The position numbers and the translations under genes were made by a program. Positions 37,057-45,228 of a stretch of DNA of 64,000 bases are shown here, one piece after another (within the stretch, counting starts at the first letter, position 1; every line of letters starts with the position of its first letter). The DNA is from a virus: positions 19,415 to 83,414 of IMG/VR virus record IMGVR_UViG_3300009610_000028; one strand, written 5' to 3'. The notes below the pieces were generated by a model. It was not told the DNA's origin. It did not search any database and was given only the letters and a program-made list of their open reading frames with translations.

Positions 37057-39774
37057 TTATTCCTTCCTCGTCAACCAACCATCGACCACAATCCAAGGTC
37101 GCACGTCAGCCGGAGCCTTTTGCTCCCATGAGAGATTGCCGATCATTCGCTTGTTGTCCGTGTACGCCCCATACGGGAAGCGACGGCGGACTTCTTCGAT
37201 TACCACGCTCTTCTTCCACTCGTAGCGCTTCTCGGCAGGTAGCCACTCTTGGAACTTCTGGAAGAACTTACTGAACTCGACCATCTCGCCCGGTACTTCG
37301 TGCAACTCGGCAAGGAAATTGTCCAAAGCACTGCGGTTCATTTCCTCGGCGTGCTCTTTGTTTCGAGTCTTGATTGCTGGAAGCAAGAGGCGGCTGTGAG
37401 GCGAGGGCAGAGTCAGGTCCATGATCGTCCGCATGAAGTGCGAAGCTTCCTCTTCGAGCTTCGACATCAGGTGTCGTTTGGGAATCTCGTCGCCGGGCAG
37501 AAGGTCGGGCACGAAGAGCACGCAGATGCGTGTGTCACCAGGCGGGATCGGGCAGGCTTTCAACTCATTGGCAACGTGAATGATGTGGAGCGTGTTCGGC
37601 TGCGAGTACGCATCCGTCCGCATCTTCCTGATCCACAGCACGGGGCTGGTCACCCAATCCTTGAGCTTGTTGTAGGCCGATGCGCCGGCGGTCGAGATGT
37701 CTTTCTCTTCGACGTAGGCCAGCACGCAGTTCGCAAGCTCGCCGTTGAAGTCTCCCGTATTCGTGAGTGCCCGGTCGGCTGATGCCACGCCCTTTGTCAT
37801 CAGCAATGCGATTGCCTCATGCAAGATCGACTTGCCGCTATTCTGATTCCCATACAGGAATAAGTAGGGCAACGGATGGAACGGCTCTTTGAGGAGTGAA
37901 GCGGTCCAGTACAGAAGGTAATCGGCACCGTTCTTGATGTTGTTCTCGTGGCACCACTCGTCGCGGCGCACAGCGGCATCGAGGTCTTGGCCACAATGCT
38001 TGAAGATGCGATCCCAGTGCGGATGGAATGGGGCCTCATCGTCACTCAGATTGGCGGGCTGGAAGCGATACTGAGCCGCATCGAGGTTCCACTGGCGGTC
38101 GCCGGGGTACTCTGCCTGGAAAGGCAGGTTCACCAGCTTCCATGATTTGCCGATGGTGCTTCCAAGGATGAGTTCGACTTCTGGCTTCGTGTTACCTAGC
38201 GTCAGGAGGCGCAGCTTCACCTTCTCGGTCGAGAAGCGTTGCCAGCCACCGTCCGTGCTACGCAGATACCAGCCAGCGTCCTCGCGTGACGGCGTGATGA
38301 GTTGGCGGATAATGTTGTCGTACTCAGCGAAGCCGGCATCCTCTTTCTTCGTGTCCGTTTGGACCTCGAAAACTTTGACCCACTTGCCTTTCTTGCTTAG
38401 CCATCCGTCAATGTCACCGCGATCACGATCCTTCTCACGCTTGAGGATTTGCATCACCAGGCGGCCGTCCTTGTGCGGCTTGAGGACCGCTCGTCGGCTC
38501 TTGAGCTTCTCTGGGAACGTGATCTTCTGTCCGAGAACCTCGGCAGCTTTCACGGCATCTTCGACGTTCTTGAATGCAAAGCCCCCGACATCCGGGTCTT
38601 CCTTCCCACCGAGCGACTTGGCGGCGACGGCTAGGTTTGGCCGCCTGTTGAAGAAACATTCCGTCCAGCCCTCTTTGTCCTGATTCCAGGTCTCGGCCTC
38701 ATTGATGCCAGGAGAGAAGCGATAGACTCGCCAGCCGCCATGTTCCAAAGGGAACATGAAGCAATTTGGTGTGCCGGGGTCTTTACCGTTGGAGATCGTC
38801 TTGAAGACGCCGACCAGTTCAAGCTCCTCGGCTTGCTCACTCATCAACTTGGCCAGGGCGCAGGTATGCGTCTGGAGAAGATGGTGGTCGGGCACCCAGA
38901 TCGCCGTGAAGCCTGACGACGCCAAGGCGTCCAGGACAGCCTTGTGCTTCTCGTCGAGCGGCACGATCTTGCGAGCGGACGCCAGCGCCTCGAACGGATC
39001 GAGATGCTCGTCTTTCATTTCGGTGTGGACGCGGACCTTGGCGCGGCGTCGAGTAACAACCTCGATGTGATCCCGCCAGTTAGTCGGCAGATCAGAGAGC
39101 GACAAAGTTTTCTCGGCCGACTTGATGAGCTTGAGACCCTCGTTGGCCTCGCTCATCTTGCGATGCCAAATCCACATATTGCCACCGCAGGCGTCGATCT
39201 GACTTGCAAAGTCAAACCCCGTCTCCGACGACATCATGCCGAGCACGGCTCGGCCGAGGGCCGCGTGCTCCGTGTGATTCGATGTTGGAATGCCGGCTTC
39301 GTCGAAGTACACGTAAAGGTGCAGACCGTTGCCGCCAGTGCTCTTACGCACTTCGACATACGGCAGACACTTTGCGGCTTCCTTGACTCGATCAAGCTCT
39401 TCATCACTGACGCCGATGCCCTTGGCATGGCCCACGATGGAGTCGAAGTCGAATCCGAGTGCGCGGCTCTTGCGTGCTGACCAATCCCATCCTGTCCAAC
39501 CGATGCCTTCCGCGTGAAGGTCGAGTGGCCAGCGGAGTTCGTAGTCACGAAACTCTGGCGATGAGGATGCGTTCTTTGGAATGCGGATGTTGAACCACTC
39601 GTACACGCCATCTGTGTAGGTGTTCGGCTTCCCGTCAACACGTTCGCCGTTTCCGGCAGCGACGTTTATCTGTGTCTCCATGAATGGAGTCCAGCGGTCC
39701 AGGAGATCGGGACCGTTGTGACTGGCGCGGCGTGCGCGCAGGAAGTTCTGGATGGCTTCCGTAACCTTGGGCAT
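37057..39774 (-). CDS. DNA primase-helicase (PrimPol-like N-terminus, SF3/D5-like ATPase)
   Basis: FDFD and STGGNGLHLY primase motifs. GNQNSGKS Walker A, FNGEL, YVEE. GGAG RBS at 39774. Confidence 0.85.
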   Translation of the reverse strand: MPKVTEAIQNFLRARRASHNGPDLLDRWTPFMETQINVAAGNGERVDGKPNTYTDGVYEWFNIRIPKNASSSPEFRDYELRWPLDLHAEGIGWTGWDWSARKSRALGFDFDSIVGHAKGIGVSDEELDRVKEAAKCLPYVEVRKSTGGNGLHLYVYFDEAGIPTSNHTEHAALGRAVLGMMSSETGFDFASQIDACGGNMWIWHRKMSEANEGLKLIKSAEKTLSLSDLPTNWRDHIEVVTRRRAKVRVHTEMKDEHLDPFEALASARKIVPLDEKHKAVLDALASSGFTAIWVPDHHLLQTHTCALAKLMSEQAEELELVGVFKTISNGKDPGTPNCFMFPLEHGGWRVYRFSPGINEAETWNQDKEGWTECFFNRRPNLAVAAKSLGGKEDPDVGGFAFKNVEDAVKAAEVLGQKITFPEKLKSRRAVLKPHKDGRLVMQILKREKDRDRGDIDGWLSKKGKWVKVFEVQTDTKKEDAGFAEYDNIIRQLITPSREDAGWYLRSTDGGWQRFSTEKVKLRLLTLGNTKPEVELILGSTIGKSWKLVNLPFQAEYPGDRQWNLDAAQYRFQPANLSDDEAPFHPHWDRIFKHCGQDLDAAVRRDEWCHENNIKNGADYLLYWTASLLKEPFHPLPYLFLYGNQNSGKSILHEAIALLMTKGVASADRALTNTGDFNGELANCVLAYVEEKDISTAGASAYNKLKDWVTSPVLWIRKMRTDAYSQPNTLHIIHVANELKACPIPPGDTRICVLFVPDLLPGDEIPKRHLMSKLEEEASHFMRTIMDLTLPSPHSRLLLPAIKTRNKEHAEEMNRSALDNFLAELHEVPGEMVEFSKFFQKFQEWLPAEKRYEWKKSVVIEEVRRRFPYGAYTDNKRMIGNLSWEQKAPADVRPWIVVDGWLTRKE

Positions 39775-39828
39775 GTGTACTCCAGAAGGGAGAGAAGACG
39801 CCACGATGGCGTGCTTGACTTGCTGGAG

Positions 39829-39861
39829 ATACTAGAAGCAGAATGTTCGCCGGATTCCAAC
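39829..39861 (-). promoter_or_regulatory. Leftward promoter-like motif
   Basis: GTTGGAAT-N9-ATTCTGCTTCTAGTAT on the minus strand upstream of the primase. Confidence 0.7.
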
Positions 39862-39954
39862 CTCGCGGCTGTCTAGCCGTTAGAACTAGCAGAATCGGTA
39901 TCGGTTGTAGCGATGCGCCTAATTACTCCGGTCCTGTCGGACATACTGCGCAAT

Positions 39955-39972
39955 GAATGAATTGATTCATTC
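39955..39972. repeat. Palindrome in the AT-rich centre of the divergent region
   Basis: GAATGAAT-TG-ATTCATTC. Confidence 0.6.
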
Positions 39973-40139
39973 TTCTATATTACCTCACGCACAAGAAAGT
40001 ATAGAAGGCTAACATATATGCCGGTAATGTAGGCCGCCGTCTCGTTCATCTGGCACTACAGTCGTCACAGTCGTTACTGTCGGCACAATCCCTACAGGCT
40101 ACGCATTCTTAGGCAATCTCTGCTTGCCGCGTTGGCCAC

Positions 40140-40172
40140 GTTGGAATTCCTCAAGAATTCTGCTTCTAGTAT
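40140..40172 (+). promoter_or_regulatory. Rightward promoter-like motif
   Basis: GTTGGAAT-N9-ATTCTGCTTCTAGTAT, with boxes and spacing identical to the leftward copy. Confidence 0.7.
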
Positions 40173-40199
40173 TGGCAAGTAAGAACGGAGAACAGCCGC

Positions 40200-41096
40200 A
40201 TGGACGACAAGGTTGCGTTCCTGCCCGTTGATCGTCTTTTAGAACCTAAGAGTCTGCTGCGGCTGGTTGATCGGAACTCACTCGACTACATGCAGATGCT
40301 GGACAGCATCCGCGAGTGGAAGGTGTTGAAGCCGATCCTCGTTAGACCGTCCTCGCAAGACGGGTACTACGAGATCATCGACGGTCTGTATCGCTATAGC
40401 TGTGCTAAGGATGCCGGCCTGGCAACAGTGCCCGCGCACATCAAGCACGGCGTCACAGACGACGACGTACTGATCCTGCAAATTCAGACGAACGCGATCT
40501 CGCCTGAAACAAAGCCGATGGAGTACGCCGAGCAGATGAAACGTCTGCTCGTGCGGAAACCGGACTTAACGGTGCGTGAATTGGCTCGCCTCATCCGCAA
40601 GTCAACCTCATGGATCAATGATCGCCTCGGATTGCTAAACCTTCGCAAAGAGTTGAAGCAAGTTGTGGAGCGCGGAGAAATCTCGCTCGCCAATGCTTAC
40701 ATGCTCGCGAAGATTCCCAAGTCGATGCAACTCGACTATGTGGACCAAGCGAAGACGATGCCAGGTAGAGCCTTCAAGGCGCTGGCCGCTGCTTGTGTAA
40801 AGCGATTCATGGAGGCGGTGCAACAGGGAAAGATGGATGCCTTCTATGCGGAGCAATTCTCTCCGCAGGCCCATCTCAGATCGCTAACGGACATCGAGAA
40901 CGAGATCAGCAAGCAAGGGGTCGGAGCACTGGTTGCGGTGGGTGAGGGCTGCCAAACCGTGCTGGACGGCTTCTATGCGGGCCTGCGTTGGGCCTGCCAT
41001 CTCGATAGAGCCAGCGTGCAGGAACAAGAAGCCACGATTCGTGGCCGGGAAAGGCAGGTGCTTGATGTATCTGCGCTAGACGAAAGTCCTAGCTAA
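40200..41096 (+). CDS. parB: ParB/Spo0J-like protein 1
   Basis: LKPILVRP, YEIIDGLYRY, HTH (TVRELARLIRKSTSWINDRL). Confidence 0.85.
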   Translation: MDDKVAFLPVDRLLEPKSLLRLVDRNSLDYMQMLDSIREWKVLKPILVRPSSQDGYYEIIDGLYRYSCAKDAGLATVPAHIKHGVTDDDVLILQIQTNAISPETKPMEYAEQMKRLLVRKPDLTVRELARLIRKSTSWINDRLGLLNLRKELKQVVERGEISLANAYMLAKIPKSMQLDYVDQAKTMPGRAFKALAAACVKRFMEAVQQGKMDAFYAEQFSPQAHLRSLTDIENEISKQGVGALVAVGEGCQTVLDGFYAGLRWACHLDRASVQEQEATIRGRERQVLDVSALDESPS

Positions 41097-41146
41097 ATTT
41101 CCTCTCACATTGAAACAAGAACCCTCAAATTTCGGAAACCACACAA

Positions 41147-41887
41147 ATGAGTAATGCTTTAGCCGTCCTTGATCCGAATCTTCTCCCTTCAACGCAACTC
41201 GGCACTGACGACCAGTTTGAGGAGGCCAGTCGTAGTACCGGCTTCCTCGGTCGCATGCAGTTGTACTCGAAGGGCCGTGCCATTGATGAGGGCCTGATTC
41301 CGCCGGGCAACTACGGTATCCCGGAGACAGACAAGAAGATCATCAACCTTGGCAAGGAGATCGACATCCTCCCGTTGGCCCGCCGCCTCAAGGCACTCGA
41401 CATGAGTGACAAAGATGCGGTGATCGCGAACTACGATGCAACGAGTGACACGTTCCTCGACATTCAAGCGCGCAGCAAGGAAAGCGAATCGGGCTGCCAA
41501 TGGGGCACCAGCTTCCTCGTCATTGAGCGAAGCACGAGACGGTTCCTGGAGTTCTTCTGCGGCACCAAGAGTGCCCGCCCTGTCGCTGGCGAAATCGCCT
41601 GGTACTGCCCGCTGAATCAAGCGGACATCGACCGCAAGGCTGCCAAGGGCGACGACGTGAGCAAGCTGTTCGTCCACGGTCCTCTGCCTTGCACCCTCAA
41701 GGTGCGGCTGGCCAAGGGCGGTAGCTTCTCGTGGCACGTGCCAGAGCCGCAAGAGTGCTCGATGCCCTTCACCAATCTCCCGAAGATGGAAACCATCATC
41801 GCGGAGATCAACAAGTTCGTCGCGGCGAAGACGGATGGCGATGAGACGGTCAAAGAGCCGGCCGGCAAGAAAGTCCGCGCTCGCTAG
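41147..41887 (+). CDS. Hypothetical protein, possibly ssDNA-binding
   Basis: Strong codon bias. Aromatic/Gly pattern (PGNY, SWHVP) resembles phage SSB-like proteins. Confidence 0.55.
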   Translation: MSNALAVLDPNLLPSTQLGTDDQFEEASRSTGFLGRMQLYSKGRAIDEGLIPPGNYGIPETDKKIINLGKEIDILPLARRLKALDMSDKDAVIANYDATSDTFLDIQARSKESESGCQWGTSFLVIERSTRRFLEFFCGTKSARPVAGEIAWYCPLNQADIDRKAAKGDDVSKLFVHGPLPCTLKVRLAKGGSFSWHVPEPQECSMPFTNLPKMETIIAEINKFVAAKTDGDETVKEPAGKKVRAR

Positions 41888-41983
41888 ACCCATTTTGGCG
41901 GTCTAGTCCTTTTGCCGGACAGAGACTTCTACACCGTTCCGGGATTCGTCCCGGAGCGGTTCTACTTACACAACGAGGCACAC

Positions 41984-42208
41984 ATGCGATACGTCTTGAT
42001 TTTTCTGGGCTTGCTCGCACTGCCTGGCTGCCATCTACAAATGGGCACGCAGCCGGCCAATCCGTATGGCATGCCCAAGCCGCCCACCACGCCGCCCTAC
42101 GAGAAGCCGTACTACGAGCCTCACCCTGAGCCTCGATACGACTACTACCAGGGCCACGGCCCGCAGCCGGTTCATGTGCAGCCGGCCCCGCGCCCGTACC
42201 AGTATTGA
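41984..42208 (+). CDS. Small Pro/Tyr-rich lipoprotein
   Basis: GAGG RBS. MRYVLIFLGLLALPGC lipobox-like signal. Confidence 0.65.
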   Translation: MRYVLIFLGLLALPGCHLQMGTQPANPYGMPKPPTTPPYEKPYYEPHPEPRYDYYQGHGPQPVHVQPAPRPYQY

Positions 42209-42244
42209 TGCTTGTCTGTCACGCGGGCGTTGCCGGCGTGACCC

Positions 42245-42340
42245 GACGCCGATGGTGTAACGGTTAGCACGCGGGAACGGGTTCGGTGCATGCGCCGATC
42301 AGCGTCTCCGGCGGATGCGGTTCGACTCCGCACGGTGTCC
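42245..42340 (+). ncRNA. tRNA-like RNA with extended anticodon arm
   Basis: Acceptor GACGCCG/CGGTGTC, D arm GTGT-AACGGTTA-GCAC, T arm TGCGG-TTCGACT-CCGCA. A 39-nt arm replaces the 17-nt anticodon arm. Confidence 0.7.
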
Positions 42341-42370
42341 TTCTATGCGGCGTGGCCACGCCGCGATCTT

Positions 42371-42415
42371 CGGTGGAGTGGGCTGCGCCTTTCAAGCGGG
42401 GCCTGCCACCGTTTT
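42371..42415 (+). terminator. Long hairpin with T tract
   Basis: CGGTGG/CCACCG closing stem plus TTTT. Apical loop CTTTCAA. Confidence 0.45.
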
Positions 42416-42432
42416 CTTACACAGGATTTGCC

Positions 42433-42675
42433 ATGAAGGTTTGGTCGTTGCGCCCATTGGACGAAGCACTTGGTCCGTGGGTTCCGTGGGAAGACAAGTG
42501 CTTTGGATTCGTGATCGCCGCTGAGGACGAAGCGACTGCTCGTGCTATGGCTGCCGGCGATCCTGGCGACGAGGGGGCGGATGCCTGGTTCGATCCTACG
42601 ATGTCCTCTTGCATCGACATCTCTTCTAACCCACCGGCCGAAGCCACGGTCATCATGCGCGACTATGCGTCATAA
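42433..42675 (+). CDS. Small phage hypothetical protein
   Basis: AGGA RBS. DKCFGFVIAAEDEATARAMA motif common in phage early proteins. Confidence 0.7.
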   Translation: MKVWSLRPLDEALGPWVPWEDKCFGFVIAAEDEATARAMAAGDPGDEGADAWFDPTMSSCIDISSNPPAEATVIMRDYAS

Positions 42676-42685
42676 AGGATAACGA

Positions 42686-43213
42686 ATGCCTGTCGAAGCC
42701 GTGCTCATTCAACAGCCGGCAATCGACTTCACAACTCTTCTGACAATCAGTGGCCAAGCTCTCGGCCACAACATCGCCCGCGAGGCTGACACCAGTCACC
42801 GCAAGATGGCGGATGCTGAGAAGTTCCTGTCGTGCCTCTCAGCACTGCGGGATGAAGTCGTTGCACCAACTCCCAATCTTCTATCGCACGTCTCGTTCAG
42901 CGTCCTCTTGATCGCTGACAACTACGACCTACTAGACATCCTCGAATGCGCCTCCGGTATGCCGTTCGTGCGGGCTGAGACTACAGCCCCACAGGACATC
43001 GACCTGTGCGTCATCAGTGGAACGCTCCAGCAGTGGCGAGATGCCGTTGCCACGGGCACGTCCGAGTCAGTGTCGTCAAACGTGCGCCTCTGCTACTCAA
43101 AAATCCTTCTGCTGTTTGATCGCGTCGGCCTCTCGAACGTCTGGAAAGACTACGAGAAGCGCCCGTCCGCAGATCACAGCGGCTTCTACTTAGAGGACAA
43201 ACGGCGTGTCTGA
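42686..43213 (+). CDS. Divergent ThyX-fold protein
   Basis: LLSHVSFSVLL, VISGTLQQWRDAV and SNVRLCY recall ThyX segments. The RHR signature is absent. Confidence 0.55.
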   Translation: MPVEAVLIQQPAIDFTTLLTISGQALGHNIAREADTSHRKMADAEKFLSCLSALRDEVVAPTPNLLSHVSFSVLLIADNYDLLDILECASGMPFVRAETTAPQDIDLCVISGTLQQWRDAVATGTSESVSSNVRLCYSKILLLFDRVGLSNVWKDYEKRPSADHSGFYLEDKRRV

Positions 43214-45212
43214 AATTCTCGATGTCAAACTCACTACTCGAACTTCAAGCGGAAGACTGATTCGTTCATCGGCCAAGATTGAATACAAGGACGGCCGCAT
43301 CTACTTCGTCAAATCGCCCTTCTCGCTCAAAGACGAGATCAAGGCAATGCGGGGATCGCACTGGCACGGCCGGGAAGACGATTCCTACGAAGACTACCGG
43401 AAGATTTGGTCGGTCGATGACTGCCAACGCAATCGCTTCCAACTTGGCTTCCTCATGGAAGAGGATGTCTATGCCTGGTTCGACCGCGACCTGATCCAGC
43501 ACACCTATGAAGGCACGACGCTCGATGGGCTGCCCAAAGAGTTGATGCCCCACCAGAAGGACTTGGCGGATAGCGGCCTGACCTATCACTTCCAACTGTG
43601 GGCTGCGGAGATGGGCGTCGGCAAGACGCTGGCCGCCCAGAAGGTGATTGAGAAGAGCGGCGCGAAGCTTTGGTATTGGATCGGACCCAAGTCGTCGATA
43701 CCCAACATCAAGCGTGAGTTCCGCCGATGGGGCTTCAACTTCGATGGCCCAATCAAAGTCGAGTTCATCACCTACGAAGAACTCGTTCGTCGCGTTGACG
43801 ATTGGAACTGGGAAAGCGACAAGCTTCCCCAAGGCGTGATCTTCGACGAGTCCAGCCGCCTCAAGGGCGCTACGAGTCAACGGACCAAGGCCGCTCAGCG
43901 GCTGGCCGATTGGATTCGCGAGCACTACGGCGTCGAGAAGGGCTTCGTCATCGAGATGAGCGGAACGCCGTCTCCGAAGTCGCCTGTCGATTGGTGGAGT
44001 CAGTGCGAGATTGCCTGGCCTGGCTTCCTGCGAGAAGGCAGCCCGAAGGCGCTGGAGCAACGCTGCGGCTTTGTCGTTATGCAGCAGTTCGATGCGGGAG
44101 TGTTCCCGAAGCGGATTGGCTGGAAGGACGATGAGCGGAAATGCAAGCACTGCGGTCTCTTTGAAGAGGCCGGTGTTCACGAGCTTGATCCAGACGCGGC
44201 CGAGGCGGACTTTCACCGCTACGATCCGAGCATCAATGAAGTTGCCTTCATGTACGACCGGCTCAAGGGCCTGGTCGTAATCAAGCACAAGAAAGATTGC
44301 TTGACGTTGCCGGACAAACGCTACCGGAAAATCATGTGCCCGCCCAACGCGAGCACGCTCCGAGTGGCCAGTGCGATTGCCGAGAGTGCGCCCAACACGA
44401 TCACGGGCTTGACGCTGCTCCGCGAATTGAGCGACGGCTTCCAATACCGCGACGTGGAAGATGGAGAAATTCCTTGCCCGCACTGCCCGAAGAGTTGCGG
44501 GGAGATTGAGGAATGGTTCGATCCTTCTGACGAAGAGGCAACCTACAGTGCCATCGAGTTCCTCAGTGAGGAGTTCGTGGCCAAGCTCCAGAAGCGAATC
44601 GTGCCTTGCACGCGCTGCGGTGGCGACAAGGTTGTGCCGAAAGTTGTTCGGATCACTCGCGAGATTCCTTGCCCGAAAGACAAGGCTCTCAAGCAACTGC
44701 TCGAAGAGTGCGAAGAGACCGGCCGGATCGTGATCTTTGCTGGCTTCACTGGCAGCGTGGATCGCGTCGTTACCTTCTGCCAGAAAGAGAAGTGGTCGGT
44801 CGTTCGCTGCGACGGCCGTGGTTTCCAAGTCACCGACAAGGATGGCAACGTTATCACGCAGGGCGGCGAAGAGGCGCTCAACTACTGGGCCGACCGTGAG
44901 AACCAACACGTTGCCTTCGTGGCCCACCCTGAATCGGGCGGCATGAGCTTGACCCTGGTCGAAGCACGGATGGCCGTGTACTGGTCGAACAGCTTCAAGC
45001 CTGAGTACAGATCGCAAAGCGAAGATCGTATCCACCGTAAAGGAATGGATGAAAATCTTGGCTGTGAGATCGTTGATCTAATTCACCTGCCAACTGATTC
45101 GCGGGTGCTCGAAGTCATCCAAGCCAACCGCAAGTTGGAACTGATGACGATGGGCGAGTTCACGGACGCTCTCGAAGGTGAGGGCGCGGATGTCGAAGAA
45201 CTCGCGGCCTAA
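43206..45212 (+). CDS. SNF2-like superfamily 2 helicase
   Basis: EMGVGKT, IFDES, SGTP, GGMSLTL, QSEDRIHRKG. Confidence 0.92.
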   Translation: MSEILDVKLTTRTSSGRLIRSSAKIEYKDGRIYFVKSPFSLKDEIKAMRGSHWHGREDDSYEDYRKIWSVDDCQRNRFQLGFLMEEDVYAWFDRDLIQHTYEGTTLDGLPKELMPHQKDLADSGLTYHFQLWAAEMGVGKTLAAQKVIEKSGAKLWYWIGPKSSIPNIKREFRRWGFNFDGPIKVEFITYEELVRRVDDWNWESDKLPQGVIFDESSRLKGATSQRTKAAQRLADWIREHYGVEKGFVIEMSGTPSPKSPVDWWSQCEIAWPGFLREGSPKALEQRCGFVVMQQFDAGVFPKRIGWKDDERKCKHCGLFEEAGVHELDPDAAEADFHRYDPSINEVAFMYDRLKGLVVIKHKKDCLTLPDKRYRKIMCPPNASTLRVASAIAESAPNTITGLTLLRELSDGFQYRDVEDGEIPCPHCPKSCGEIEEWFDPSDEEATYSAIEFLSEEFVAKLQKRIVPCTRCGGDKVVPKVVRITREIPCPKDKALKQLLEECEETGRIVIFAGFTGSVDRVVTFCQKEKWSVVRCDGRGFQVTDKDGNVITQGGEEALNYWADRENQHVAFVAHPESGGMSLTLVEARMAVYWSNSFKPEYRSQSEDRIHRKGMDENLGCEIVDLIHLPTDSRVLEVIQANRKLELMTMGEFTDALEGEGADVEELAA

Positions 45213-45228
45213 CTCTCAAAGGATTTCC

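Noticed and set aside
42286-42432. N-terminal extension of ORF 42286..42675
   Set aside because: It overlaps the tRNA-like RNA and hairpins. ATG 42433 has an AGGA RBS and begins the conserved-looking part.
43266-45035. 589-aa antisense ORF over the helicase
   Set aside because: Codon-bias shadow with no recognisable domain.
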